In this document: positions 49,817-64,000 of the stretch, piece after piece
How the letters are laid out: each line of letters starts with the position of its first letter
Position numbering within the stretch: the stretch's first letter is position 1
DNA from: Phytobacter massiliensis JC163
GTDB lineage: Bacteria; Pseudomonadota; Gammaproteobacteria; Enterobacterales; Enterobacteriaceae
Length of the DNA stretch: 64,000 bases
Reading direction: 5' to 3'
NCBI RefSeq assembly: GCF_000321045.1
Contig: NZ_HE578947.1
Location: forward strand, 3,150 to 67,149
The notes under the pieces: model-generated
The model's database searches: none
Told to the model about the DNA's origin: nothing
The model's input: only the letters and a program-made list of their open reading frames with translations
Made by a program: the position numbers and the translations under genes

Positions 49817-51166
49817 TCATTCAAACAGGTTGTGATGAAGCTTCTGCACCACCTGCTCGGCCTCGGTGCCCGGCACCAGGAAGCAGAGGTTATAGCTCGA
49901 TGCGCCGTAGCAGATCATCCGGATATTAAACGGCTCCAGCACGCCGAACACCTCTTTACCCACGCCGCAGGCTTTTGACAAATCGTTGCCAATCAGCGCC
50001 ACCAGCGCCAGGTTCTCTTCCACCTCCACACGGCAGAGGGAAGAGAGCTCGGTCAGCAGCGCCTGGGTGAGCAGCGTGTCCCCGGTTGACGTTGAACCGG
50101 TGGTGTCGAGCGTCAGCGCCACGCTCACTTCCGAGGTGGTGATCAAATCCACCGAAATATTATGCCGCGCCAGAATACCGAACACTTCGGCGAGGAAGCC
50201 GCGCGAGTGGAGCATGTTCAGGCTATGGAGCGTAAGCAGCGTCTGCTTGCGGCGCAGCGCCAGCGCGCGGAACAGCGGCGGGTTGTGCGTCTTATTGCAC
50301 ACCAGCGTGCCGCCGGCTTGGGGATCTTTACTGGAGCCGACAAAGACCGGGATATCGCTGCGTACGGCGGGCAACAGGGTCGCGGGGTGTAGCACTTTCG
50401 CGCCGAACGTGGCCATCTCCGCCGCCTCTTCGAAGGCGATCTCATCAATACGTTTTGCCGCAGGCACCACGCGTGGATCGGTGGTGTAGATGCCGGGCAC
50501 GTCGGTCCAGATATCAACGCGGGCCGCCTGCAGCGCTTCGCCAAGCAGTGCGGCGGTGTAGTCGCTGCCGCCGCGGCCAAGCGTGGTGGTGCGCCCTTTG
50601 GCCTCGCTGCCGATAAAGCCCTGGGTAATGACCAGGCCGTCCGCCAGACGCGGTTTAAGCTGCTGCGTGGCGAGTTCGGAAAGCGCCGCGACATCCGGCT
50701 CCGCGCGGCCAAAGCGATCGCTGGTGCGCATGATCTTGCGCACGTCAAACCACTGCGCCATCACGTCGCGCTCGCGCAGGATCTCCACAAACAGCAGGGT
50801 CGACATCAGCTCGCCGTGGCTGACCAGTTCATCCGTCAGCGCCGTAGACGTAGCGAGCGAGGCGGCCTCCGCCAGCGTGGTGATGTTCTCCAGCAGGCGT
50901 TCAATCTCTTCACGAATGACGTTGGGGTTTTGCAGGCGCTCCAGGATATCGAACTGGATTTTACGGATCGCGTCGAGCTTCACGAAGCGTTCGCTGGTCT
51001 CCAGACCATCGGCCAGAGCGACCAGCAGATTGGTGACGCCCGCCGAGGCGGAAAGCACCACCAGGCGTACGTTCGGATCGGCAAGCACGACATCCGCGCT
51101 GCGGTTCATGGCATCAAAATCGGCAACGCTGGTGCCGCCAAATTTTGCAACGATTACATCTGTCAT
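49817..51166 (-). CDS. lysC: lysine-sensitive aspartokinase III
   Basis: 449-aa protein MTDVIVAKFGGTSVADFDAMNRSADVVL... collinear with E. coli LysC. Confidence 0.95.
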   Translation of the reverse strand: MTDVIVAKFGGTSVADFDAMNRSADVVLADPNVRLVVLSASAGVTNLLVALADGLETSERFVKLDAIRKIQFDILERLQNPNVIREEIERLLENITTLAEAASLATSTALTDELVSHGELMSTLLFVEILRERDVMAQWFDVRKIMRTSDRFGRAEPDVAALSELATQQLKPRLADGLVITQGFIGSEAKGRTTTLGRGGSDYTAALLGEALQAARVDIWTDVPGIYTTDPRVVPAAKRIDEIAFEEAAEMATFGAKVLHPATLLPAVRSDIPVFVGSSKDPQAGGTLVCNKTHNPPLFRALALRRKQTLLTLHSLNMLHSRGFLAEVFGILARHNISVDLITTSEVSVALTLDTTGSTSTGDTLLTQALLTELSSLCRVEVEENLALVALIGNDLSKACGVGKEVFGVLEPFNIRMICYGASSYNLCFLVPGTEAEQVVQKLHHNLFE

Positions 51167-51189
51167 AACGACCTCGTGTCAGGGAAAGA

Positions 51190-51400
51190 AAAACGCGACC
51201 TGAGCACAAGGGCAGAAAAGAAACCGGTGCAGGCGCAAATACCGTATTTATAAATAAAATGTGTGACTGATACTGTCAACGCCGGGATTATGCGGATTTT
51301 TCATGCTGGGAGCAGGGGTAGTAATGGTGCTTATATGCTGGCGTTAAACGCTATACTTTTTACCCGTGTTTGATCGATGCGCAGGGAACGGCATTAAAAC
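51190..51400 (-). ncRNA. lysC 5' leader containing the lysine riboswitch (LYS element)
   Basis: The roughly 300-nt leader is conserved. Its end (CCCUGACACGAGGUCGUUAUG on the minus strand) matches the E. coli lysC leader end. I did not verify the riboswitch core motifs. Confidence 0.5.
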
Positions 51401-51472
51401 CCATCACACTTTTCTGTGTCTGGCGTTACAATCGATCCCAGTCACAATTCTCAAATCAGAAGAGTATTGCTC

Positions 51473-53119
<1,647 letters not shown>

Positions 53120-53139
53120 TGCGTTAATAGCCACAGATA

Positions 53140-53170
53140 AAAAAGCCGATAATAATATCGGCTTTTTTTA
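53140..53170 (+). terminator. rho-independent terminator after pgi
   Basis: aaaaagccgataataatatcggcttttttta is a stem followed by a T-run. Confidence 0.8.
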
Positions 53171-53488
53171 TCAGATAATTCCCGTTGCCCTGGCATATGA
53201 TTAATTCACCGCTCTGAGGTAATTCCGAAAAAGACGTAAACCCCGGTAATTCATCAGTGTTATTTTCAGATGTTACGTATACTTCGCTGTTATGTCTCAA
53301 ATAACAACCTATTGAAATAACAGTGTTTTAAATTAAATAACTCTTTCGTATATTAGCCGTTTTTCCAATTTTCTTAAAACTCGCCGCTGCGTTTCCCATT
53401 GTCTAAATAGCCTGCTTTAGTTGTGTATACTCGTCTTCGCCTGTGTATTTCAGGCAAATCTCCATTCATTCATTGAAGGGAAATTGAT

Positions 53489-53731
53489 ATGAAAAAAGCA
53501 CTGTATGGCATTTTTGCCATCACCGCGCTTGCGGCGACGTCTGCCTTAGCGGCACCGGTTCAGGTCGGTGAAGCGGCAGGCTCGGCGGCGACGGCGGTCT
53601 CTGCGGGTAGCTCCTCAGCGACCAGCGTCAGCACCGTAAGCTCTGCGGTGGGTGTTGCCCTGGCGGCAACCGGCGGCGGCGACGGTTCCAATACCGGAAC
53701 CACCACCACCACGACCACCAGTACTCAATAA
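53489..53731 (+). CDS. yjbE: small secreted Ala/Ser/Thr-rich protein YjbE
   Basis: It has a signal peptide, a low-complexity body (...[18 protein letters not shown]...), and a [10 protein letters not shown]-terminus. It is the first gene of the yjbEFGH cluster. Confidence 0.85.
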   Translation: MKKALYGIFAITALAATSALAAPVQVGEAAGSAATAVSAGSSSATSVSTVSSAVGVALAATGGGDGSNTGTTTTTTTSTQ

Positions 53732-53796
53732 CCACGAGTACTTTAATCATAACCACACTTCGGTGTGGTTATTTCGTCCCCTCTGGAGAAGAGTCG

Positions 53797-54434
53797 TGAA
53801 GCGACCTGCAATTATTCTGATTTGCCTGCTGATTCAGGCCTGCTCAGCCACCACCAAAGGGCTGGGCCACTCGCTGTGGGAAAGTATGTTTGGCACGCCC
53901 GGCGTTCACTTAACCGATGACGATATTGCGAATATGCCTTACGCCAGCCAGTACGTGCAGCTCAACGGCGGCCCGCAGCTGTTCGTGGTTCTGGCCTTCG
54001 CGGAAAACGGCCAGCAGAAATGGGCGACGCAGGATCAGGCGGTTATTGTGACGCAGCATTACCGCATCGTAAAAACGGTGCTGGGCGGCGATAACCTGCT
54101 GGAAGTGAACAACCTGGCGGCTGACCCGCTGGCAAGGCCAAACCAGATAGTTGATGGCGCAAGCTGGACCAGAACCATGGGCTGGACGGAGCATAACCAG
54201 GTGCGCTATGCCACGGCACGTTCGGTATTTCGCTGGAACGGCACCGATTCCATCACCGTGGGGAGCGACGTCACCCGCGTGCGCGTTCTTGAAGAAGAGG
54301 TTTCCACTGACCAGGCGAGCTGGCGAAACCGTTACTGGGTGGATGAGGACGGGCTGATTCGCCAGTCTGAACAGTACCTGGGGACGAACTGGTTCCCGGT
54401 TAAAACGACTCTGATCAAGGCGGCGAAATCATGA
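53797..54434 (+). CDS. yjbF: lipoprotein YjbF (GTG start, VKRPAIILICLLIQAC lipobox)
   Basis: Synteny plus a lipoprotein signal. The track ORF 53652..54434 contains an upstream out-of-context extension. Confidence 0.75.
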
Positions 54435-55168
54435 GAACTCTCTGTGGCGTCGCTTTTTCCATTAGTCTGGCATTATCCCAGGCCCATGCCGCCGGCACGG
54501 TAAACGTCTACGTTTCCGGCGACAGTAAAGCCAAAACGCTGACTAACGCGGCGCATCTGATTGATGTGGTCGGGCAGCCGCGGCTGGCCCAGAGCTGGTG
54601 GCCGGGGGCGGTCATCAGCGAACGTCAGGCCACGGCGGCGCAGGAACAGCGTCAGCAATCGCTGCTGGCGCAGCTTGACGTGCTGGCTGGCGAAGAGAGC
54701 GGCGACAGCGCGGCGGCGGTGAGTGCGCTACGCCGTCAGTTGCAAGAGATCCGCGTCACGGGGCGGCAGAAGGTCAATCTCGACCCGGATTATGTTCGCG
54801 TGGCATCGGGCGCTAACCCGCCTCTGGAGGGGGAGTACAGCCTGTGGACAGGGCCGCAGCCCACGACCATTACCGTGGTGGGGCTGGTCAGTCAGCCGGG
54901 CAAAAAAGCCTTTACGCCGGGGCGTGACGTGGTGAGTTACCTGGACGAGATGAGCGTGCTGAGCGGCGGCGACAAGAGCTACGCCTGGGTGATTTACCCC
55001 AATGGCGATACGCAAAAAGTGCCGGTGGCGTACTGGAACCGTCGTCATGTCGAACCCATGCCCGGCAGCGTGATTTTTGTCGGCTTCGCCCCCGATCTGT
55101 GGGGCGCGCGCAACGAGACGCTCAACGCCGACATTATTGATTCTCTGACGCATCGGATACCGGAATAA
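54431..55168 (+). CDS. yjbG: YjbG, exopolysaccharide-production periplasmic protein
   Basis: 245-aa protein with a signal peptide. It is coupled to yjbF by an ATGA overlap and is in synteny. Confidence 0.8.
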   Translation: MRTLCGVAFSISLALSQAHAAGTVNVYVSGDSKAKTLTNAAHLIDVVGQPRLAQSWWPGAVISERQATAAQEQRQQSLLAQLDVLAGEESGDSAAAVSALRRQLQEIRVTGRQKVNLDPDYVRVASGANPPLEGEYSLWTGPQPTTITVVGLVSQPGKKAFTPGRDVVSYLDEMSVLSGGDKSYAWVIYPNGDTQKVPVAYWNRRHVEPMPGSVIFVGFAPDLWGARNETLNADIIDSLTHRIPE

Positions 55169-55170
55169 TA

Positions 55171-57267
55171 ATGAAAAAATCGTTTGTCATCAGCGTACTG
55201 GCGCTGGGCGTGAGTGCCGCCTGCCAGGCCGAAACGTATCCGGCACCCATTGGCCCGTCCCAGTCCGACTTTGGCGGCGTAGGGCTTCTGCAAACCCCCA
55301 CCGCGCGTATGGCGCGGGAAGGGGAAATCAGCCTCAACTATCGCGATAACGACCAGTACCGCTACTACTCCGGCTCGGTGCAGCTTTTCCCGTGGCTGGA
55401 GACAACGCTGCGCTACACCGACGTTCGCACCCGCAAATACAGCAGCGTCGAGGCCTTCTCCGGCGATCAGTCTTATAAAGACAAAGCGTTCGATCTGAAA
55501 TTACGCCTGTGGGAAGAGAGCTACTGGCTGCCGCAGGTGGCGGTTGGCGCGCGGGATATCGGCGGGACAGGGCTGTTTGACGGCGAATATGTCGTGGCCA
55601 ACAAAGCCTGGGGGCCGTTCGACTTCTCGCTCGGGCTGGGCTGGGGCTATCTGGGCACCGCCGGCAACGTCAAAAACCCGCTTTGCTCCTACGACGAAAA
55701 ATTCTGCTATCGCGATAACAGCTACAACCAGGCCGGCTCGGTGGACGCCAGCGGCATGTTCCACGGCCCGGCCTCGCTGTTCGGCGGCGTCGAGTATCAG
55801 ACGCCCTGGCAGCCGTTGCGGCTGAAGCTGGAGTATGAAGGCAACAACTATCAGCAGGATTTTGCCGGCAAACTGCCGCAAAAGAGCAAGTTCAACGTTG
55901 GCGCGATCTACCGGGTTACGGACTGGGCCGATGTCAACCTGAGCTACGAGCGCGGCAACACGTGGATGTTTGGCTTTACCCTGCGTAATAACTTCAACGA
56001 CCTGCGCCCGCGCTATAACGATAACGCCCGGCCGCAGTATCAGCCGCAGCCGCAGGACGCCATCCTCCAGCATTCGGTGGTGGCAAACCAGCTTACGCTG
56101 CTGAAATACAACGCCGGGCTGGCCGACCCGCAGATTCAGGTGAAGGGCGACACGCTGTACGTGACCGGCGAGCAGGTGAAATACCGCGACGCCCGCGAGG
56201 GTGTAGAGCGCGCCAACCGCATTATCATGAACGACCTGCCGGAAGGTATTCGCACCATCCGCGTAACGGAAAACCGCCTGAATATGCCGCAGGTGACCAC
56301 CGAAACCGATGTCGCCAGCCTGCAGCGCCATCTGGAAGGCGAGCCGCTGGGCCATGAAACAGATCTGGTGCAAAAACGCGTCGAGCCGATCGTGCCCCAG
56401 AGCACCGAGCAGGGCTGGTATATTGAGAAATCGCGCTTCGATTTCCATCTCGATCCGGTGCTCAACCAGTCGATTGGCGGGCCGGAAGGTTTCTACATGT
56501 ATCAGCTGGGCGTGATGGCCACCGCCGACTGGTGGCTGACCGACCATCTGCTGACCACCGGCAGCCTGTTCGCCAACATCGACAATAACTACGATAAATT
56601 CAACTACACCAACCCGCCGAAAGATTCAGCGCTGCCGCGCGTGCGCACCCATGTGCGCGACTACGTGCAGAACGATGTCTATGTAAATAACCTGCAGGCC
56701 AACTACTTCCAGTACCTGGGGAACAGTTTCTACGGCCAGGTCTACGGCGGCTATCTGGAAACCATGTTCGGCGGTGCCGGGGCGGAGGTGCTGTACCGTC
56801 CGGTAGACAGTAACTGGGCGTTTGGTATTGACGCGAACTACGTGAAGCAGCGTGACTGGCGCAGCGCGCAGGATCTGATGAAATTCACCGACTACAGCGT
56901 TAAGACGGGCCACCTCACCGCCTACTGGACGCCTTCGTTTGCGCAGGATGTCCTGATCAAGGCGAGCGTCGGTCAGTATCTGGCAGGCGATAAAGGCGGC
57001 ACGCTGGAAGTGGCCAAACACTTCGACAGCGGCGTGGTGGTGGGGGCTTATGCCACCCTGACCAACGTGTCGCCGGATGAGTACGGGGAAGGGGATTTCA
57101 CCAAAGGGGTTTACGTTTCGATTCCGCTGGATCTCTTCTCTTCCGGGGCGACTCGCAGCCGCGCGGCGATTGGCTGGACGCCGCTCACCCGCGACGGCGG
57201 CCAGCAGTTGGGGCGTAAGTTCGATCTCTATAGTTTGACCAGCGACAAGAGCATGAACTTCCGCTGA
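55171..57267 (+). CDS. yjbH: YjbH, outer-membrane exopolysaccharide-export beta-barrel protein
   Basis: 698-aa protein with a signal peptide and an aromatic C-terminus (...SMNFR). It is in synteny. Confidence 0.85.
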   Translation: MKKSFVISVLALGVSAACQAETYPAPIGPSQSDFGGVGLLQTPTARMAREGEISLNYRDNDQYRYYSGSVQLFPWLETTLRYTDVRTRKYSSVEAFSGDQSYKDKAFDLKLRLWEESYWLPQVAVGARDIGGTGLFDGEYVVANKAWGPFDFSLGLGWGYLGTAGNVKNPLCSYDEKFCYRDNSYNQAGSVDASGMFHGPASLFGGVEYQTPWQPLRLKLEYEGNNYQQDFAGKLPQKSKFNVGAIYRVTDWADVNLSYERGNTWMFGFTLRNNFNDLRPRYNDNARPQYQPQPQDAILQHSVVANQLTLLKYNAGLADPQIQVKGDTLYVTGEQVKYRDAREGVERANRIIMNDLPEGIRTIRVTENRLNMPQVTTETDVASLQRHLEGEPLGHETDLVQKRVEPIVPQSTEQGWYIEKSRFDFHLDPVLNQSIGGPEGFYMYQLGVMATADWWLTDHLLTTGSLFANIDNNYDKFNYTNPPKDSALPRVRTHVRDYVQNDVYVNNLQANYFQYLGNSFYGQVYGGYLETMFGGAGAEVLYRPVDSNWAFGIDANYVKQRDWRSAQDLMKFTDYSVKTGHLTAYWTPSFAQDVLIKASVGQYLAGDKGGTLEVAKHFDSGVVVGAYATLTNVSPDEYGEGDFTKGVYVSIPLDLFSSGATRSRAAIGWTPLTRDGGQQLGRKFDLYSLTSDKSMNFR

Positions 57268-57289
57268 TCGCAGACTCCCGGGCGCGGCT

Positions 57290-57450
57290 TTCGCCTTACC
57301 CCGGTTACGAATCAATCCCCTCTCCCCTGTGGGGAGAGGGTTAGGGTGAGGGGAACATGCGGCTCAGGAGGTTTGTTCCGTTCACCTCATGTTCATGGCG
57401 ATATGTCGCCTCCCTGGCACGTGAACGGGCTAAGGGGAACACCGCGTTCC
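57290..57450. repeat. cluster of extragenic palindromic elements
   Basis: Three inverted repeats are present: cccctctcccctgtggggagagggttagggtgagggg, aaggggaacaccgcgttcccctt, and ccgttcac...gtgaacgg. Confidence 0.5.
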
Positions 57451-57796
57451 CCTTAGCAATCCCCGCTCCCCCGTCAGGAAATCGGTGCTTCGCACTGCGT
57501 TCGCCTCCCGCCCCGCTGCCTGCGGCCGGTTTGACTCGACGTCCTGTCTCGACAAACCTCAGTCCGCCATCCCTGGCGGCCTGACCTTGTCATCGGGTCT
57601 CCGTCTCACCGATTTCAGCGGGGACACAACCCCTCGCTGCATGCCCAGTGCCATCAGGTTACAACGATGTCGCTGTGGCGGTGATGCCTGAAAGGCGAGT
57701 CAGCTGTGGCTAAAAGGATTGCGGACGTTAACAGTATCTACCTGAACCGTAGCCCGGATAAGGCAATGCCGCATCCGGGAATAGCCCGCGCAGCGT

Positions 57797-58306
57797 TTAT
57801 ATCTCTCTGCCGAGAATATGCAGCGTGCTTTGTTGCGATGCGCTCCCGAACACGGTGTCGTGGAGATGACGCAAACCCTGGCGTTCATAAAACCGCCGTG
57901 CCTGCGGGTTGGCGGCTAACACCTCAAGCCACAGAAATGCCTCGCCCCTGGCGCGAGCGTGGCAAACTACCTCTTCAAACAGCCGTTCGCCGTAGCTTTT
58001 ACCGGTCATGCCCGGGAGAAAATAGAGCTTATGCAGCAGCGTCCCGGCAGGCCCCTGCGGCGTAACCGGCTGGCGAAAGCTGAATTTGGCGAAACCGACA
58101 GGCTTGTCGGTAGCGGCAATAAGCCAGCAGCAGGCAGCGTCCCGTAAGCTCTGGTCCAGCACGGGCAGGGCGTACTCCTGTTCAAGGAATGCCTCCATCT
58201 CCTGCTTTTCATGCCACAGATGCGCAAAGTGGTGACGGTAGCTGGTATAACCCATCTGATGAAGCAGCCCGGCATCCTCTGGCTGCGCCTTATGTATGGT
58301 TAACAC
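57797..58306 (-). CDS. GNAT-family N-acetyltransferase
   Basis: 169-aa protein with the acetyl-CoA-binding block ...YFLPGMTGKSYGERLFEEVVCHARARG... and the C-terminal ...FYERQGL. Confidence 0.75.
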   Translation of the reverse strand: MLTIHKAQPEDAGLLHQMGYTSYRHHFAHLWHEKQEMEAFLEQEYALPVLDQSLRDAACCWLIAATDKPVGFAKFSFRQPVTPQGPAGTLLHKLYFLPGMTGKSYGERLFEEVVCHARARGEAFLWLEVLAANPQARRFYERQGLRHLHDTVFGSASQQSTLHILGREI

Positions 58307-58440
58307 GGAAAAATGTCCCTTATTGTCTTTTATCGCTCGCTATCTCATCACGCAGCGGTACAAAATATAAGCAAATAAACTAGATCTGGATCACATTTTT
58401 GCGTTATACAGAAGGCTCGCCACTGAGAATGAGGTGCTGT

Positions 58441-58851
58441 ATGACATCCCTGACTCGCCCGCGCGTTGAGTTCATCTCAACGGTTCTGCAAACCGTGCTC
58501 AACCTTGGCCTGCTGAGCCTTGGTCTGATCCTGGTGGTGTTTCTCGGCAAAGAGACGCTCCATCTGGCCGATGTGCTATTCGCCCCAGAGCAAACCAGCA
58601 AATATGCGCTGGTGGAGGGGCTGGTGGTCTACTTCCTCTATTTCGAGTTTATCGCCCTGATTGTGAAATACTTTCAGTCCGGCTTTCACTTCCCCCTTCG
58701 CTATTTTATCTATATCGGCATAACCGCCATTGTGCGGCTGATTATCGTCGATCATAAATCGCCGATGGACGTGCTGATTTACTCCGGCGCGATCCTGCTG
58801 CTGGTGATAACGCTGTGGCTGTGCAACTCGAAGCGGCTGAAACGCGAATAA
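58441..58851 (+). CDS. psiE: phosphate-starvation-inducible inner-membrane protein PsiE
   Basis: The translation [38 protein letters not shown]... is near-identical to E. coli PsiE; the track ORF begins at 58399. Confidence 0.9.
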   Translation: MTSLTRPRVEFISTVLQTVLNLGLLSLGLILVVFLGKETLHLADVLFAPEQTSKYALVEGLVVYFLYFEFIALIVKYFQSGFHFPLRYFIYIGITAIVRLIIVDHKSPMDVLIYSGAILLLVITLWLCNSKRLKRE

Positions 58852-58858
58852 AAAAAGG

Positions 58859-58888
58859 CGCTCCACGGAGCGCCAAAACACGTAATAA
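58859..58888. terminator. bidirectional terminator between the convergent psiE and malG genes
   Basis: aaaaaaaggcgctccacggagcgccaaaa is a stem flanked by A/T runs. Confidence 0.7.
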
Positions 58889-58945
58889 CAGTCACAAGTC
58901 GGGTCAATATTCCAATGAGGACTACAGTGGCATCTAACGAAAAAC

Positions 58946-59836
58946 TTACCCTTTTACCCCGCCCGCCGTCAGGCCATTAACCAGCCAGCGCTGGGCAAGC
59001 AGGAAGACAACGGTAATGGGAATGGCAGAGAGCACCGCCGCCGCCGCAAAATCCCCCCACAGGTAGTTTTGCGGGTTGAGATATTGCTGCATCCCTACTG
59101 CCAGTGTGTAGCTGTTGACATCACGCAGCAGCAGAGAGGCCACCGGCACTTCGGTGATGGCGGCGATAAACGACAGGATAAATACCACCGCCAGAATCGG
59201 CACCGACAGCGGCAGCAGCACCAGGCGAAACGCCTGCCACGGCGTGGCGCCATCCAGCGCGGCGGCCTCTTCCAGCGAGTTATCGATGGTTTCGAAATAG
59301 CCTTTAATCGTCCAGACGTGCAGCGCAATCCCGCCGAGGTAGGCGAAAATCACCCCGCCGTGGGTGTTCAGGCCGATAAACGGAATGTACTGGCCGAGAC
59401 GGTCGAACAACGCGTACAGCGCCACCAGCGACAGCACCGCCGGGAACATCTGGAAAATCAGCATCCCTTTCAGCAGCGTCGCTTTGCCGGGAAAACGCAT
59501 ACGGGCAAAGGCATAGGCGCAGGTGGTGGAGAGCGCCACGACGCCAATGGCCGTGATCCCGGCGATTTTAATCGAGTTCCACAGCCACAGCAGCACCGGG
59601 AAGGGCGGCGGCGTTACGCGGCCATCAGCGTGTTCGACGCTAAAGCCCAGCGCCAGTTTCCAGTGCTCCCAGGAGATGGTCTCCGGGATCAGGCTGCCCG
59701 TTGCGAAGTTGCCTTCACGCAGGGAGATAGCGATAACCATCAGCAGCGGGAACATAATAGCGGCGATAAACACCAGCAGTAATACGTGTGTGATGAACAG
59801 CCTGAGCTTTTGCGATTTTGCCTGGACCATAGCCAT
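58946..59836 (-). CDS. malG: maltose ABC transporter permease MalG
   Basis: 296-aa protein [21 protein letters not shown]... collinear with E. coli MalG. Confidence 0.95.
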   Translation of the reverse strand: MAMVQAKSQKLRLFITHVLLLVFIAAIMFPLLMVIAISLREGNFATGSLIPETISWEHWKLALGFSVEHADGRVTPPPFPVLLWLWNSIKIAGITAIGVVALSTTCAYAFARMRFPGKATLLKGMLIFQMFPAVLSLVALYALFDRLGQYIPFIGLNTHGGVIFAYLGGIALHVWTIKGYFETIDNSLEEAAALDGATPWQAFRLVLLPLSVPILAVVFILSFIAAITEVPVASLLLRDVNSYTLAVGMQQYLNPQNYLWGDFAAAAVLSAIPITVVFLLAQRWLVNGLTAGGVKG

Positions 59837-59850
59837 TTTTATCGCCCTCC

Positions 59851-61395
59851 TTAGTCAAATTTCATGCGCGTGGCTTTCAGATTCACTATCGCAAGCGCGC
59901 CCACCAGCAGGAAGATAAGCGTAGCGATAGCGGCAGCGAGGCCGAAGTCCTGACCGCCGCCGCCCTCAAAGGCGATGCGGTAGGTGTAGCTCACCAGCAG
60001 GTCGGTATACCCGGCAGGCGTGGTGGTGCCGATACGGTCCGGGCCGCCGTTGGTCAGAAGCTGAATCAGCACGAAGTTATTAAAGTTAAAGGCGAAGCTG
60101 GCGATCATCAGCGGCGTTAACGGCTTAATCAGCAGCGGCAGCGTAATTTTAAAGAAGTTCTGGAACGGCCCTGCGCCGTCCATTGCCGAGGCCTCATACA
60201 GATCGTCCGGGATGGCTTTCAGCAGCCCCATGCAGAGGATCATCATGTACGGATAGCCCAGCCAGGTGTTGACGATAATAATCATCGAGCGGGCGGTGGT
60301 CGGGTCGCTGAACCAGGCCGGTTTGATGCCAAACAGCGCGCTCAGCATCATGTTGATTTCGCCAAAGCTCTGGTTGAACAGCCCTTTGAAGATCAGAATG
60401 GAGATAAACGACGGCACGGCGTAGGGCAGAATCAACAGCACCCGGTAGATGGCTTTGCCTTTCAGCGATTCCCACTGCACCAGGCAGGCCAGCACCATGC
60501 CCACCGCTACGGTGAGCAGTACGGTCAGCACCGAGAAAACCACCGTCCAGACGAAAATCGCGATAAAGGGCTTTTGAATGCCGTCGTCCTGGAAGACGCG
60601 GGTGAAGTTATCCCAACCGATGGTCACGGTATAGCCAGGGCTGAGCTGCTCTTCTCCCCAGCTGCCATCCGCATTGACCACCTGATAAAAACCCTGGCTG
60701 TTATTCGGCTTGTATTTCACGCCGCTCTGATTGTTGGTCAGCGTGCCGTCATCGGCAAGCGTGTAGAGCGGGGTGGTGCCGGAGAACTGGCGCAGCGAAC
60801 TCATGATGACATTGCTGCCGTCCGGTAATTCCGCCGTCAGCTGGTTCAGGGCGGTGCGGTTTTGCGTAATAACGCGCAGATTGCCGCGCTCGCCTTCCGG
60901 CAGGGCGTCGCTCTCTTTCAGCGCGATTTTCTGTTCGCCGCCGAGCTTAAACAGCTCCGACAGGTAATTTTTGCCGCTTTCGCCGTCGGTCAGGGCCAGA
61001 CGCCATTCACTCCCCGCCGGGTAGAGGGCGAAGTTATAGGTTTTGCCCGCCTGGAACGAGCGATCCAGCAGAACCTGCTGCGCGCGTTCCTGAGTAAGCT
61101 GGTGGGTGCTGCTGTAGTTCGTGAAGGCGATAGCAATAGTGCAAATGAGGGGGAACAGGACAAACAGCCCCATGCCCGCAAGGCCAGGGTAAACATAGCG
61201 CCAGGCGTAGGCTTTCCGGTTGGCGAAAATGTACAGGCCAATCGAGCTTAAAATCAGCGTCGTGATGGCGAAAAGGTATTCCCCCTGGGCATACATTAAA
61301 ACGACAAGATATCCCACCAGTAAGGCAAGCAGGCCAATGATTGACCATGTGAACTGCCGGTTCTGCCACCAGTGTTTCTTTTTTACGACATCCAT
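59851..61395 (-). CDS. malF: maltose ABC transporter permease MalF
   Basis: 514-aa protein [23 protein letters not shown]... collinear with E. coli MalF. Confidence 0.95.
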   Translation of the reverse strand: MDVVKKKHWWQNRQFTWSIIGLLALLVGYLVVLMYAQGEYLFAITTLILSSIGLYIFANRKAYAWRYVYPGLAGMGLFVLFPLICTIAIAFTNYSSTHQLTQERAQQVLLDRSFQAGKTYNFALYPAGSEWRLALTDGESGKNYLSELFKLGGEQKIALKESDALPEGERGNLRVITQNRTALNQLTAELPDGSNVIMSSLRQFSGTTPLYTLADDGTLTNNQSGVKYKPNNSQGFYQVVNADGSWGEEQLSPGYTVTIGWDNFTRVFQDDGIQKPFIAIFVWTVVFSVLTVLLTVAVGMVLACLVQWESLKGKAIYRVLLILPYAVPSFISILIFKGLFNQSFGEINMMLSALFGIKPAWFSDPTTARSMIIIVNTWLGYPYMMILCMGLLKAIPDDLYEASAMDGAGPFQNFFKITLPLLIKPLTPLMIASFAFNFNNFVLIQLLTNGGPDRIGTTTPAGYTDLLVSYTYRIAFEGGGGQDFGLAAAIATLIFLLVGALAIVNLKATRMKFD

Positions 61396-61584
61396 GGGGA
61401 TTTTCCTCTTTACACTTCATCCTTCGCGCTGCCTCTTTGTTGGCAGCGGATACGCACCCCAGTCACTTACTTTTGTAAGCTCCTGGGGATTTGCATCCTT
61501 GCCGCCTCGATGCAGCACGAATGATTTCGTGTAAACAACGTATTTAACAATCCTTACTTCCTGAGAAATAAGGGACTACAGGTA

Positions 61585-63144
<1,560 letters not shown>

Positions 63145-64000
63145 ATGGCGAGCGTACAGCTGCGGAATGTAACGAAAGCCTGGGGCGACGTGGTGGTATC
63201 TAAAGATATCAACCTCGACATCCATGATGGAGAGTTCGTGGTGTTTGTTGGCCCGTCAGGCTGTGGGAAGTCGACGCTGCTGCGAATGATCGCGGGTCTG
63301 GAAACAATTACCAGCGGCGATCTGCTGATTGGCGACACCCGTATGAATGATGTACCGCCTGCGGAACGCGGCGTCGGCATGGTGTTTCAGTCCTATGCGC
63401 TCTACCCCCACCTTTCGGTGGCGGAGAACATGTCCTTCGGCTTAAAGCTGGCCGGGGCGAAAAAAGAGGTGATTAACCAGCGCGTGACGCAGGTAGCCGA
63501 GGTGTTGCAGCTGGCCCATCTGCTGGAGCGTAAGCCGAAGGCGCTCTCCGGCGGCCAGCGTCAGCGCGTGGCGATTGGCCGTACGCTGGTGGCGGAGCCG
63601 CGCGTCTTTCTGCTCGATGAGCCGCTCTCTAACCTTGATGCCGCGCTGCGCGTACAGATGCGTATTGAGATCTCCCGCCTGCACAAGCGCCTGAACCGCA
63701 CGATGATCTACGTCACCCACGACCAGGTGGAAGCGATGACCCTCGCCGACAAGATAGTGGTGCTCGACGCCGGGCGCGTGGCGCAGGTGGGCAAGCCGCT
63801 TGAGCTGTACCACTACCCTTCAGATCGCTTTGTCGCCGGGTTTATCGGCTCGCCGAAAATGAACTTCCTGCCGGTAAAAGTGACCGCCACCGCCATTGAA
63901 CAGGTACAGGTTGAACTGCCCAATCGCCAGCAGGTCTGGCTGCCAGTCGACAGCGCCAACGTGCAGGTGGGCAGCAATATGTCGCTGGGCATTCGCCCGG
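63145..64000 (+). CDS. malK: maltose ABC transporter ATPase MalK (N-terminal part; continues beyond the window)
   Basis: The translation [53 protein letters not shown]... has Walker A and the ABC signature LSGGQRQR. Confidence 0.95.
   Translation, partial: MASVQLRNVTKAWGDVVVSKDINLDIHDGEFVVFVGPSGCGKSTLLRMIAGLETITSGDLLIGDTRMNDVPPAERGVGMVFQSYALYPHLSVAENMSFGLKLAGAKKEVINQRVTQVAEVLQLAHLLERKPKALSGGQRQRVAIGRTLVAEPRVFLLDEPLSNLDAALRVQMRIEISRLHKRLNRTMIYVTHDQVEAMTLADKIVVLDAGRVAQVGKPLELYHYPSDRFVAGFIGSPKMNFLPVKVTATAIEQVQVELPNRQQVWLPVDSANVQVGSNMSLGIRP

Overview
This window is an Enterobacteriaceae chromosomal segment with a backbone syntenic to E. coli aceB-aceA-aceK / iclR / metH / yjbB / rluF / yjbD / lysC / pgi / yjbEFGH / psiE / malGFE-malK. 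Several accessory blocks are inserted into that backbone. The most notable is a roughly 14.7 kb head-less phage-tail cluster at 34.6-49.8 kb. It carries a LexA box, a Mor-like activator, a holin / signal-peptide transglycosylase / spanin-like lysis cassette, and a P2-like contractile tail set (completion protein, sheath, tube, gpE/E', tape measure, gpU-like, gpX, gpD, gpV, gpW, gpJ, gpI, gpH-like fibre). It has no capsid, terminase, integrase or replication genes, so I read it as an SOS-inducible R-type tailocin. Its fibre has 168-bp tandem repeats and a low-GC C-terminal domain, and a C92 permuted-papain gene sits just downstream of the fibre. The second notable block is a non-canonical rtc RNA-repair locus: rtcR, a sigma54 promoter, a roughly 300-nt structured leader with a tRNA-like GGGTTCGATTCCC element, an SPFH-domain protein, rtcB and a Pol-beta nucleotidyltransferase in place of rtcA. 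Other insertions are a Phd/ParE toxin-antitoxin (TA) pair plus an ASCH protein between aceK and iclR, a chaperone-usher fimbrial operon with a LuxR-type regulator, an sdaC-sdaB pair, ccdAB where E. coli has pepE, and a DeoR / HAD / aldolase-like / 550-aa membrane-protein sugar cluster. Reading frames are broken in metH (an A-run) and in the baseplate gpJ gene (G/C runs); these could be sequencing errors or real pseudogenes. Coordinates are approximate to a few nt where I re-derived start codons by hand.
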